Shown: piece after piece, positions 25,807 through 33,256 of the stretch
Layout: each line of letters begins with the position of its first letter
Numbering within the stretch: position 1 is the stretch's first letter
IMG/VR virus record: IMGVR_UViG_3300045988_061855
From: a virus
Strand: one strand, 5' to 3'
DNA: 64,000 nt
Position numbers and translations under genes: made by a program
Notes under the pieces: model-generated
Told to the model about the DNA's origin: nothing
Database searches by the model: none
The model's input: only the letters and a program-made list of their open reading frames with translations

Positions 25807-25988
25807 TGATAAAAATTATAGAACTTGGAACCATTAGAAAGCAAAAATGTCAACGTTGTGGATGTTTATTCTCTTACGAAAATGAAGATGTGATAACGGA
25901 AAGAAATGAACACATGCTTCTTGGGTTTCATAAAATATACATAAATTGTCCACAGTGTGAACAGAAAATAGTATTAGGAGTGTGCTAA
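25806..25988 (+). CDS. Zinc-ribbon protein, paralogue A
   Basis: MIKIIELGTI..CQRCGCLFSYENEDV...CPQCEQKI; paralogous to the 26529 gene. Confidence 0.6.
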   Translation: MIKIIELGTIRKQKCQRCGCLFSYENEDVITERNEHMLLGFHKIYINCPQCEQKIVLGVC

Positions 25989-26121
25989 GCGATGAGTGAA
26001 TTAAATTTTGAGAAATGTAATGGTTGCCCATATTATTTTGAAGAGATAGACCAGTGTATGTTCGGAGATGATGATATTCCTGATAATTTAGAGAAAAAAT
26101 GCAAGACGGAGGATATATCAA

Positions 26122-26265
26122 ATGATTAAAAAAATAATAGCCTCGATAATGTGTTCTTTTGTTAAGTTGTATTTTAAATTAGACAACGAATGCACTTGTT
26201 ACTGCATCGGAACAAATGGCGATAATGATGATTATGATATTCATAGAAGGAGATATAAAACATGA
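26122..26265 (+). CDS. Possible small ORF, 47 aa
   Basis: GACGGAGG RBS. MIKKIIASIMCSFVKLYFKLDNECTCYCIGTNGDNDDYDIHRRRYKT*. Confidence 0.35.
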   Translation: MIKKIIASIMCSFVKLYFKLDNECTCYCIGTNGDNDDYDIHRRRYKT

Positions 26266-26453
26266 TAAAATATATTAATGAGATGTGTGAAAAATACAAG
26301 TGTGATATTCAGTTAACTTTCAAATTATATGGGGAATTACGAATAGTTGTCGTGGCAAACGGGCATATGGATTATTTGATGATTGATTCAAATACCGACG
26401 AAAATACTGTGAAAAAAAGTATCGAAGATACAATAAGGAGGTGCTTACAATGA
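26262..26453 (+). CDS. Hypothetical protein, 63 aa
   Basis: AAGGAGA RBS. Confidence 0.55.
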   Translation: MIKYINEMCEKYKCDIQLTFKLYGELRIVVVANGHMDYLMIDSNTDENTVKKSIEDTIRRCLQ

Positions 26454-26528
26454 TATTTATAATTCATAATACATAATCTTAAATATGACACTGATGAGAA
26501 ATATTTTGAAGAATTGGAGGAAACGTGA

Positions 26529-26717
26529 ATGATTAAAATTATTAAGCCTGGAACAATAACAGAATTGAGATGCTATAAATGCGGATGCTTATTCAGTTAT
26601 GAAAAAGAAGATATAGAAATTAAAAAAGTGAATATATCAGATCCTTTATCTACGCAATATAAATATATAACTTGCCCACAGTGTAAAAAGGAAATAACAT
26701 TGGAGGCTACGAGATGA
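26529..26717 (+). CDS. Zinc-ribbon protein, paralogue B
   Basis: MIKIIKPGTI..CYKCGCLFSYEKEDI...CPQCKKEI. Confidence 0.6.
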   Translation: MIKIIKPGTITELRCYKCGCLFSYEKEDIEIKKVNISDPLSTQYKYITCPQCKKEITLEATR

Positions 26718-27109
26718 TTAAATTAGAAGGTAGAGTTCTATTATTTGATGTGATCAATCAACTCTCTAATAAAATATCTAAAGATTGTAAACTTACTATG
26801 CCCGAAAAAGTTCCTTTGACTTGGAATTTTGAGCATGATAAACCTATTGGATTTGCTACGCCAATCAGAGATAATAAGGGCATTTATGCCACAGCAGAAA
26901 CATTTTCCAATGAATATATTGGCATCGAAGATATCCGGGATATTCTTACAGATGGAAAGATTGGTGTTGGTGGATACTATAGTATAAATAAAAGGCACAA
27001 CGAAGGAGAACTAGACATCATTGATGAAGCAACATTACTAGATATTGGACTAACTTTGGCGCCGGTTCGTGAAGAATATTATTTTAAAATTATGGAGGAA
27101 AAGAAATGA
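26714..27109 (+). CDS. Hypothetical protein with a prohead-protease-like N-terminal motif
   Basis: KVPLTWNFEHDKPIGFA..NKGIYATAETF resembles EVPLVWNHEHNDPNAVLGHA..KDGVYAYGMF in the 43577 product. Confidence 0.65.
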   Translation: MIKLEGRVLLFDVINQLSNKISKDCKLTMPEKVPLTWNFEHDKPIGFATPIRDNKGIYATAETFSNEYIGIEDIRDILTDGKIGVGGYYSINKRHNEGELDIIDEATLLDIGLTLAPVREEYYFKIMEEKK

Positions 27110-27361
27110 TTAAATTAGAGCATGTAGTTCTGGCAAGTCCGGAGCAGATGGAGTTTATTATTGAGGGTATGCGAAACCCTATGAATTCATGGGAGAAAGG
27201 AGACAGTAAACTGGCGACCGCTGGATATGACGTTGTCGGGTTCGATCTTGGAGACGCTGATCTCGCTCTGATGCGGCGACTCTCCAAAGCAGGTACTGAC
27301 CATAGAAAATTCATGCGAATGATTCCGGTGTATGTGAGAATCACTGCGCCGTTGTATTGGT
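27106..27361 (+). CDS. ThyX-like (divergent) protein, exon 1
   Basis: ...GDADLALMRRLSKAGTDHRKFMRMIPVYVRITAPLYW, then T27361 begins a codon completed in exon 2. The unspliced frame stops at TAG 27361-63. Confidence 0.75.
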
Positions 27362-27416
27362 AGTTCTTTCTGCCAATGAAACACTTTGCCTAGTTATTGC
27401 TAGGGGTCACGCTAAA

Positions 27417-27434
27417 TTTACATCTCCTATAATG
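27417..27434 (+). promoter_or_regulatory. Early-region box copy (inside intron)
   Basis: ttTACAtctccTATAATG, abutting the AAAGGAG of intron ORF 1. Confidence 0.6.
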
Positions 27435-27449
27435 AAAGGAGTGATTTAT

Positions 27450-27644
27450 ATGATAGCTAGAATGGCATTAACAATCAACATTAATTCCAAAAAAGGCAAA
27501 TATTTTGTGAAGCAGATGTTACCTAAATGTAAACATATGGTAACTATCAGATCAAGCAAAGTCTTAGATGGATATACTGATTATATAATGGACATTGAAG
27601 ATTATTATATAGCACAAGAATTATTAGAAAAGATTGAGTCCTAA
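27450..27644 (+). CDS. Intron ORF 1, 64 aa, no homing-endonuclease motif seen
   Basis: Looped out by the helix GTCACGCTAAA (27406-16) / TTTAGCGTGGC (27667-77). AAAGGAG RBS. Confidence 0.5.
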   Translation: MIARMALTININSKKGKYFVKQMLPKCKHMVTIRSSKVLDGYTDYIMDIEDYYIAQELLEKIES

Positions 27645-27661
27645 CATGGGCTCTTTCTTTT
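27636..27661 (+). terminator. Terminator family A copy (inside intron)
   Basis: GAGTCCTAACATGGGCTCTTTCTTTTT; its 5' arm encodes the last codons ES* of intron ORF 1. Confidence 0.55.
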
Positions 27662-28025
27662 TATATTTTAGCGTGGCTAACGGGGAACCACCCATTGGAA
27701 TCCCGTGGGAAACATTTCAAAGATATATTTTCGCGAAAATTACATGGTGTATTATGAGAGAATAAGGCCCGTGGAATTAAAAATATTAACCACAATTCTA
27801 GGGTGACTAGTAACGGTGGAGATTCTATTAGAATCGTAGTTAGGCAAGATCCTTATTCTTTTTTGTTTTTATTTCTTTTATATTTTTGAAATGAACCTGT
27901 AGAGGCTATCCCCTATGCCTTCCGGGCGGGGGAGTAGGGCTACTATTGATACGTAGCTGGGTTTTAGGAAACGAAGCCCATGAAAACCGAAATGGTGTCC
28001 TATTGTTTTTTGTGTGTTAGCGAGA

Positions 28026-28043
28026 TTTACAACTCCTTTTATG
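28026..28043 (+). promoter_or_regulatory. Early-region box copy (inside intron)
   Basis: ttTACAactccTTTTATG, abutting AAAGGATGG. Confidence 0.6.
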
Positions 28044-28060
28044 AAAGGATGGTGATATTT

Positions 28061-28285
28061 ATGTTTAATTTTTTTAAGAAAAAAGTCAGAGAAGAGGACC
28101 CAATATTGAAGGAGATAAACCAACAAACTGAAGAATTAAAAGCTATAACCGATTCTATGCGTAGAGATAACGAATCATTAGAAGCTGATATTCAAATTGC
28201 GGAAAAATTATTACTCAATAGGGGATACTCACAAGAGGATTTGGAAAAATTAAAAATAAAATCGAAACTCAAAATAGTTAAGTAA
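28061..28285 (+). CDS. Intron ORF 2, 74 aa coiled-coil, no homing-endonuclease motif seen
   Basis: MFNFFKKKVREEDPILKEINQQTEELKAITDSMRRDNESLEADIQ... Confidence 0.5.
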   Translation: MFNFFKKKVREEDPILKEINQQTEELKAITDSMRRDNESLEADIQIAEKLLLNRGYSQEDLEKLKIKSKLKIVK

Positions 28286-28375
28286 AAATTAGGGGAAGAC
28301 TCAGAGTAAAATCTTGGTCTTTTCTCTTTTGTATTTAACACACAAAAAACAATAGTAAAAGATAGTCCATTAATG

Positions 28376-28857
28376 GGAAAGAATTTGATACTTATAAAGT
28401 TGGTACTGTTGCGAACTCTTGCAGTACAATGCACAAGATTGCTGAGAAAGAGTTTACACTGGAGGATTTCTCTACGGAGCATCTGATGACCTGGAATGAC
28501 GATTTCACAGCGGATTGCGTTATTGATTATGGACATTCTCCTGACGGTTATCCTTCTGGTAAAGTTCCCATGGATATTTTAGGCAACACTATTAAGATGC
28601 TAAATGAAGCTAGGGATAAATATTTAAACTTTTCGTCTTTAAATGTTAATACTGAAAATGCTAAAAAAGATATTTGGTGGCAGATGATCCAGCTTCTTCC
28701 GAGCAGCTATAACCAGACACGCAACGTTATGATGAATTATGAGGTGCTGACAAACATATATAAGTCTCGCAAAGACCACAAGCTGGACGAATGGAGAGAG
28801 TTCTGTAAGTGGATTGAAACTTTACCTTATAGTGAATTAATTATCGGAGGTGAATAA
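28376..28857 (+). CDS. ThyX-like (divergent) protein, exon 2
   Basis: GG completes the Trp codon, then KEFDTYKVGTVANSCSTMHKIAEKEF...NYEVLTNIYKSRKDHKLDEWREFCKWIETLPYSELI. The spliced product is 245 aa. Confidence 0.75.
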
Positions 28858-28862
28858 ACATA

Positions 28863-29120
28863 ATGACTTTTGATGATTTGATAGTCATCACACCAAATGT
28901 AAGATTAGCTGATTTAATACAGCTATTTTTATTAGGATATGATGATAAAATATACTTTGATGTGGAGATCAATAGCGGAAATGATGTTATTACGCTAGAT
29001 AATGTGCGCATAATAGCACCAGAGTTACAACCCTATTACGACTATAAGATCGCATATCTTGGTGAACCTGATTATGAATCGCATGCTAATTTAGAGGTAA
29101 CATTAAAAAGAGTGGTATAA
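28863..29120 (+). CDS. Hypothetical protein, 85 aa
   Basis: GGAGGTG RBS. Confidence 0.6.
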   Translation: MTFDDLIVITPNVRLADLIQLFLLGYDDKIYFDVEINSGNDVITLDNVRIIAPELQPYYDYKIAYLGEPDYESHANLEVTLKRVV

Positions 29121-29284
29121 ATGACCACTATATTTTTAATATTATTAATCATTCGCACAATTAGTTTGCAATTGGGACGTTTATATTTATGATATGTGTA
29201 TCTATTAGCTATGATATAGCGACGTCAGATTTACAAGACAGATTTAAGTTCTGGTTACTTTCAAATTAAGGAGGATTTTACATT

Positions 29285-29641
29285 ATGACAACGCACAATA
29301 AATATGACAATGATATTTTAAAGCAACTTACAAGGATTGCTAACGCTTTAGACAGGATAGCTAAGAGATTACCAGAAGAATGTGATACAGCTGAGTACGC
29401 AAAAGAGAATCCAGATTGGACTGAGAAAATTGAAAAGATGGCTTCTGGTTATTATTTACAGGTAATAAGATGTAAAGACTGTAAATGCTTCATACCATTG
29501 GAAGATATGAAAAAATGCCCGGAATACAAGGATTACCCATTTGATGCAGCAGAAAAAGTACATTCTGATGGTATATGTACAAATACTGATAAATGGGTTT
29601 ACACAAGTGATTTCTGTAGTGAGGCTAAAAACTCGCAGTAA
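29285..29641 (+). CDS. Cys-rich hypothetical protein, 118 aa
   Basis: AAGGAGG RBS. CKDCKC...C...C. Confidence 0.65.
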   Translation: MTTHNKYDNDILKQLTRIANALDRIAKRLPEECDTAEYAKENPDWTEKIEKMASGYYLQVIRCKDCKCFIPLEDMKKCPEYKDYPFDAAEKVHSDGICTNTDKWVYTSDFCSEAKNSQ

Positions 29642-29658
29642 AAACATGTTCCTTAATG
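29640..29658 (+). promoter_or_regulatory. Early-region box copy
   Basis: aaaaACAtgttcCTTAATG, upstream of the 29689 gene. Confidence 0.6.
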
Positions 29659-29688
29659 AGTAAATTATAATCTAAGGAGGAATTAATT

Positions 29689-29883
29689 ATGACATCAGAA
29701 GAAAGAATTGATGAACTTGAAAAGAGGGTTCGTATTATGGAAATGAAAAATGATAATCTGGGAAAGCGTTTAGACATCATGTCTGAGCAATTACAGATTG
29801 TTAATATTTCGTTAGTTCAAATATACGGCATTCTTGACCTTCAGGATAAAATCAATCGTATTAACATGATGACTAAACAGTAG
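29689..29883 (+). CDS. Small coiled-coil protein, 64 aa
   Basis: AAGGAGG RBS. Confidence 0.6.
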   Translation: MTSEERIDELEKRVRIMEMKNDNLGKRLDIMSEQLQIVNISLVQIYGILDLQDKINRINMMTKQ

Positions 29884-29900
29884 TAATTTATTAAAGCAAA

Positions 29901-29936
29901 GGGCTTGAGTCTTAGGACTTAGGCTCTTATTTTTTA
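29901..29936 (+). terminator. Terminator family B, third copy
   Basis: GGGCTTGAGTCTTAGGACTTAGGCTCTTATTTTTT. Confidence 0.65.
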
Positions 29937-29956
29937 TATTTAGGAGGTAATATTCA

Positions 29957-30109
29957 ATGATGACACAGGAACAGATGGAAATTGAAATCATGAAGTTAAA
30001 AATGGAAAACAACGAGATTAAGGAGATTATATTAGAAATGCAGCAGCAAATAAAAGAGACAGTCAGTTTACTTGAGCAGGTAGCTGTCTTAATGACTTCG
30101 AGAAAGTAG
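29957..30109 (+). CDS. Small coiled-coil protein, 50 aa (sub-threshold)
   Basis: TAGGAGGT RBS. MMTQEQMEIEIMKLKMENNEIKEIILEMQQQIKETVSLLEQVAVLMTSRK*. Confidence 0.45.
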   Translation: MMTQEQMEIEIMKLKMENNEIKEIILEMQQQIKETVSLLEQVAVLMTSRK

Positions 30110-30118
30110 GCAATTAGT

Positions 30119-30748
30119 ATGAAAAAGAAAACAACAAAATTTATATTATTAGGATTAATGATTTCGGTTATTGCATTCGCTTTAACTGGCTGTGAAATGT
30201 TTAACAGTGGCGTACAGTCAATGAAAGGAAGTATTGAAGGAAATGAATATTTAGCTGAATTTTATACCAATAACGGTGAAAAATTCATGACTATGCATGG
30301 TGAGCGTATAGACCTTAATGCTAACACCGTAAGAGAATATGATTATGCTGAGGGTGGTTATAACAAAGTACAGTCATCAGTTGTAACAATCACCATAGAC
30401 GGTAAAGAAGTGGAAAACTGTGGAAGTACAGTGATATTTGCAGAGGAAGGACTTGAGCCGGATGTAGACTTAGAGCAGCAGGATATTGAAAGTAATAGTA
30501 CCGGGAATATAGGGGAACTTCCAATCGTAGCAAATACGATTAATCGTTATAAGAATATGCTTGGTAAATCAAGAACAGTAGTAATTCAATCACAACTTGG
30601 CGACCCAATATGTGCATATTCAGGAGATAGCGTTTATTACGAAGTTTGTGAGAAGTTACCTAAAACTACAAAGTTATCAATAGATGGTAAGGCTTTATAT
30701 ATTCATAGAGCCAACTTTCAGATTATTGATAATAGTTTGTTGGATTGA
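30119..30748 (+). CDS. Lipoprotein
   Basis: MKKKTTKFILLGLMISVIAFALTG|C lipobox. Confidence 0.75.
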   Translation: MKKKTTKFILLGLMISVIAFALTGCEMFNSGVQSMKGSIEGNEYLAEFYTNNGEKFMTMHGERIDLNANTVREYDYAEGGYNKVQSSVVTITIDGKEVENCGSTVIFAEEGLEPDVDLEQQDIESNSTGNIGELPIVANTINRYKNMLGKSRTVVIQSQLGDPICAYSGDSVYYEVCEKLPKTTKLSIDGKALYIHRANFQIIDNSLLD

Positions 30749-30766
30749 TAAGAAAGGATATTAACT

Positions 30767-30907
30767 ATGGCAAAGATATTATTAAGTGAGAGCGATATGA
30801 AAGCTCTTAATAATGGCGAGATTGTAAGTGCTATGATTTATGGATATTTAATTGGTATTCAGAAAGACACTAGAAAACCAGAGAAGGCTAAAGAAGAGGA
30901 GGAGTAA
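30767..30907 (+). CDS. Possible small ORF, 46 aa
   Basis: MAKILLSESDMKALNNGEIVSAMIYGYLIGIQKDTRKPEKAKEEEE*. Confidence 0.4.
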   Translation: MAKILLSESDMKALNNGEIVSAMIYGYLIGIQKDTRKPEKAKEEEE

Positions 30908-30911
30908 TGTT

Positions 30912-31274
30912 ATGGCATATATTATGAATATTAATATACAGGCCGATGAGGACATACAATATATTCTTAGAAATATAAAAAAATCAGATACAGGAGCTTA
31001 TGTTTTTATGTCTGATAATAGAGAATCACTCATAAATATTTTTTGTGAGATACTACGCGATATTAATGAGACAATATATACAAGCAATAAATCATTGGAT
31101 TTAATAAAAATAAAAGGGTTCGTATCAGAGGCGTATACAGATATATCGTTAGATTGCAACACCGACAAGTATTCATATGAGTTAAATTATGATGATTTTT
31201 CAATAAGTTTTAAATTAACTAGCATAAATGTATTTACTATCTATAGCGATATTATTCAAATTAAGGAGGAATAA
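30912..31274 (+). CDS. Hypothetical protein, 120 aa
   Basis: ATG behind GAGGAGGAG; the track's TTG start was rejected. Confidence 0.6.
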   Translation: MAYIMNINIQADEDIQYILRNIKKSDTGAYVFMSDNRESLINIFCEILRDINETIYTSNKSLDLIKIKGFVSEAYTDISLDCNTDKYSYELNYDDFSISFKLTSINVFTIYSDIIQIKEE

Positions 31275-31278
31275 TGTT

Positions 31279-31500
31279 ATGTCTGATATCAAAAAATGTG
31301 ATAGATGTGGAAAAACATACGAGTATGATTTTTCTGATAAGCCCACGGATACTGAAACGAGATATCTAACTACCATTACTTTGAATGCAAAAGATTTGTG
31401 GAAACGTGAGTATCATAAAACTTATGACTTGTGTGCCGACTGCTGTGTGTCTTTAATGGAATGGTTAAATTTTGATATGGCTGAAGAAAGGAAAGACTAA
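31279..31500 (+). CDS. Cys-rich small protein, 73 aa
   Basis: CDRCGK...CADCC; AAGGAGG RBS. Confidence 0.6.
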   Translation: MSDIKKCDRCGKTYEYDFSDKPTDTETRYLTTITLNAKDLWKREYHKTYDLCADCCVSLMEWLNFDMAEERKD

Positions 31501-31745
31501 TGATATGCGATTGGAATGAAGTATTTAACCCTACTCCTGAACAGAAAAAATATTATGAAGACGAATATAAAAAACTATTACAAAGCGCATATGACGAGCA
31601 TAAATGTTTTACATGTAGACATTATATTTCTGATGAACCTGAGCGAGACTTTATTCAACCTTGTCCAACATGTGAGATTACTGGTCATGCTGCTATTACA
31701 ACTTGTGATAAATATGAGAGCAACGGTAAGGAGGAAATACATTGA
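31500..31745 (+). CDS. Cys-rich small protein, 81 aa
   Basis: CFTC...CPTC...C. Confidence 0.6.
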   Translation: MICDWNEVFNPTPEQKKYYEDEYKKLLQSAYDEHKCFTCRHYISDEPERDFIQPCPTCEITGHAAITTCDKYESNGKEEIH

Positions 31746-31907
31746 AAGAGAAGCTTAATTTATATTTTACAGTAAAGGCTTTGAAATATCGTTTTGAGCC
31801 TGCTGGGTTTAGATATCGTTTGTACTCTTGGCTTGTCAGAAAGACTGACTAACATACGCGACATATACTTATTATATTATGAGAAAATAATAAGGAGGAT
31901 TTATATT

Positions 31908-32048
31908 ATGCTTACATTTATGTTTGATAGTGTTGAAGAATTAGTTAAATTCAGGGAGGAATGTATTGAAAAATACAATGAGGTTCCTAGAATTTCAGCG
32001 GTTTTTCATGGCAACGAACATACATATTTTGCAAGGGTTAATATGTAG
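31908..32048 (+). CDS. Hypothetical protein, 46 aa
   Basis: AAGGAGGATTTATATT-ATG context. Confidence 0.45.
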   Translation: MLTFMFDSVEELVKFREECIEKYNEVPRISAVFHGNEHTYFARVNM

Positions 32049-32121
32049 TAATTATTAAAAGAAATGTTCTTGGCATTTGCTGAGGCTTTTCTTTTTGCTC
32101 TGTCGGATATGGTCGTGTGAG

Positions 32122-32138
32122 ATACATAGTGTGTTATG
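32122..32138 (+). promoter_or_regulatory. Early-region box copy
   Basis: atACAtagtgTGTTATG, abutting AAAGGATGG. Confidence 0.5.
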
Positions 32139-32156
32139 GAAAGGATGGTGATATTT

Positions 32157-32426
32157 ATGACGGATATTGAAAAGCAAATAGAGGCTATGGGATACGAAGT
32201 TCGTGTTAGTGACATGTCTAATGAGTATATTGTTTATGAGAATAAAAAAAGTGATCAAGAAGTAACCTTAGAATGGGATTACGAAGATCAGTATTGTATG
32301 ATACATTCGCAAACAATATCAAGAGAAAAAGATTGGATAGGACAGACACATCAAATGCCTATGCCATTAACTATTTGTGAAGCTGAAATATTTATGGCTA
32401 GACTTAAAGAATTACGAGAGTCCTAA
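32157..32426 (+). CDS. Hypothetical protein, 89 aa
   Basis: ATG 32157 behind AAAGGATGG. The last codons ES* lie in the terminator's 5' arm. Confidence 0.6.
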   Translation: MTDIEKQIEAMGYEVRVSDMSNEYIVYENKKSDQEVTLEWDYEDQYCMIHSQTISREKDWIGQTHQMPMPLTICEAEIFMARLKELRES

Positions 32427-32447
32427 CAAGGGCTCTTTCTTTTTTAT
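32418..32447 (+). terminator. Terminator family A copy
   Basis: GAGTCCTAACAAGGGCTCTTTCTTTTTT. Confidence 0.65.
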
Positions 32448-32461
32448 ATTTAGGAGGGTTT

Positions 32462-32644
32462 ATGAATATAGTTAGTGGATATTGGAAGAGTATTGATGGC
32501 TCCGTTACGTACGGATATTGCACTTGTGGTAGAGAGGTAAAATCTACCAAAGAGGAAAGAGATGAAAAATGTCCTATGTGTGGAGCAAAAATTGTGTGGG
32601 ATTTGGGTAATCCTGAGTTATGGATTGGACAGAAAAAGCAGTGA
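32462..32644 (+). CDS. Zinc-ribbon protein, 60 aa
   Basis: CTCG...CPMCG; TAGGAGGG RBS. Confidence 0.55.
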   Translation: MNIVSGYWKSIDGSVTYGYCTCGREVKSTKEERDEKCPMCGAKIVWDLGNPELWIGQKKQ

Positions 32645-32652
32645 TTTTATGG

Positions 32653-32668
32653 GTAACCAATTGGTTAC
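32653..32668. promoter_or_regulatory. Operator-like palindrome O1
   Basis: GTAACCAATTGGTTAC, a perfect 16-bp palindrome. Confidence 0.65.
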
Positions 32669-32734
32669 AGGTATGCTTTTTTGAAGATTTTTTATATGAT
32701 TTTATATTTTTGAAAAATTGCATTTTTGACTGGT

Positions 32735-32750
32735 GTAACCGTTTGGTTAC
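32735..32750. promoter_or_regulatory. Operator-like palindrome O2
   Basis: GTAACCGTTTGGTTAC. Confidence 0.6.
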
Positions 32751-32788
32751 TCGATGGTATTTATTATGATACAAAAAGGCTAAAAAAC

Positions 32789-32834
32789 GGCTATTTTTGG
32801 TCATTTTTGGCTATATTTTGCCCATTTTTGGCTA
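32789..32834 (+). repeat. Phased ~10-bp direct repeats (GGCTATTTTT-like), 4-5 units
   Basis: GGCTATTTTT GGTCATTTTT GGCTATATTTT GCCCATTTTT GGCTAA, read directly. Confidence 0.7.
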
Positions 32835-32838
32835 ACAT

Positions 32839-32853
32839 CGCATAATTAATACC
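32839..32853. repeat. Left arm of perfect 15-bp inverted repeat
   Basis: CGCATAATTAATACC; its reverse complement lies at 33673-33687. Confidence 0.75.
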
Positions 32854-32858
32854 AAAGT

Positions 32859-32875
32859 GTTAACCGACTGGTTAC
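32859..32875. promoter_or_regulatory. Operator-like palindrome O3 (one extra base)
   Basis: GTTAACCGACTGGTTAC. Confidence 0.5.
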
Positions 32876-32929
32876 ACCCCCTTATTACATAATAAAAAAA
32901 TTAAATATATTAAAGGACTTTTTGCAGGT

Positions 32930-32945
32930 GTAACCAATTGGTTAA
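32930..32945. promoter_or_regulatory. Operator-like palindrome O4
   Basis: GTAACCAATTGGTTAA, about 40 bp upstream of the XRE gene start. Confidence 0.6.
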
Positions 32946-32982
32946 TACCCCTTTATTTTTAGCACAAAGAAAGGAGCATGTT

Positions 32983-33231
32983 ATGCATAACAACGAATAC
33001 ATAAGTGAAGTCGAGTTTATAGATATCTTTGCAGATAACTTAAGAGATATTATGTATGAAATGGATATAAGCGAAGGAGAGTTAGCAAGAAGGACTGGGT
33101 TATCCAAAATGGCAATCAGTAGATATCTTAATAAAAAAAGAATGCCAACATTAAAAGCGCTGGTAAATCTATCATATGTACTCTGTGTACCGATAACTGA
33201 TTTAATACCAACATATGCAATGATTGATTAG
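32983..33231 (+). CDS. XRE-family (Cro/CI-type) helix-turn-helix regulator
   Basis: ATG behind AAAGGAG. ...ISEGELARRTGLSKMAISRYLNKKRMPTLKALVNLSYVL... is a typical HTH_XRE pattern. Confidence 0.8.
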   Translation: MHNNEYISEVEFIDIFADNLRDIMYEMDISEGELARRTGLSKMAISRYLNKKRMPTLKALVNLSYVLCVPITDLIPTYAMID

Positions 33232-33256
33232 AAGATATAATGGAGGATTTATATTT

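Larger units (their letters stand above)
27362..28375 (+). ncRNA. Group I intron (td-like, IA-type), 1014 nt, carrying two small ORFs
   Basis: P1: ATTGGT (27356-61) pairs with GCCAAT (27372-77), with U.G at the splice site. P10: GGAAAGAA (28376-83) pairs with TTCTTTCT (27364-71). The terminal nt is G28375, and the exons join in frame. Core strings AACGGGGAACC..AATCCCGTG (27679-27707) and CTATCCCC..GGGGGAGTAGGG (27906-39) resemble my recollection of the T4 td intron. Confidence 0.8.

Noticed and set aside
25991-26121. Small Cys-containing ORF between 25988 and 26122
   Set aside because: The frame from ATG 25991 stops after 26 codons, and the remainder reads in another frame (23 aa). This is too fragmentary to call, and may be a decayed gene.
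28369-28375. The idea that every box copy is a group I intron 3' end, because the intron ends ATTAATG like the box heptamer
   Set aside because: Only the 27362..28375 element has P1/P10 pairing, core sequences and split-gene evidence. The other copies precede intact genes with no upstream exon, and the intron's 3' end lacks the ACA half at the 5-nt spacing.
32574-32804. 76-aa minus-strand ORF over the operator/repeat region
   Set aside because: The region is better explained as non-coding: palindromes and phased T-tracts. The ORF has no RBS, and its basic low-complexity translation is typical of AT-rich noise.
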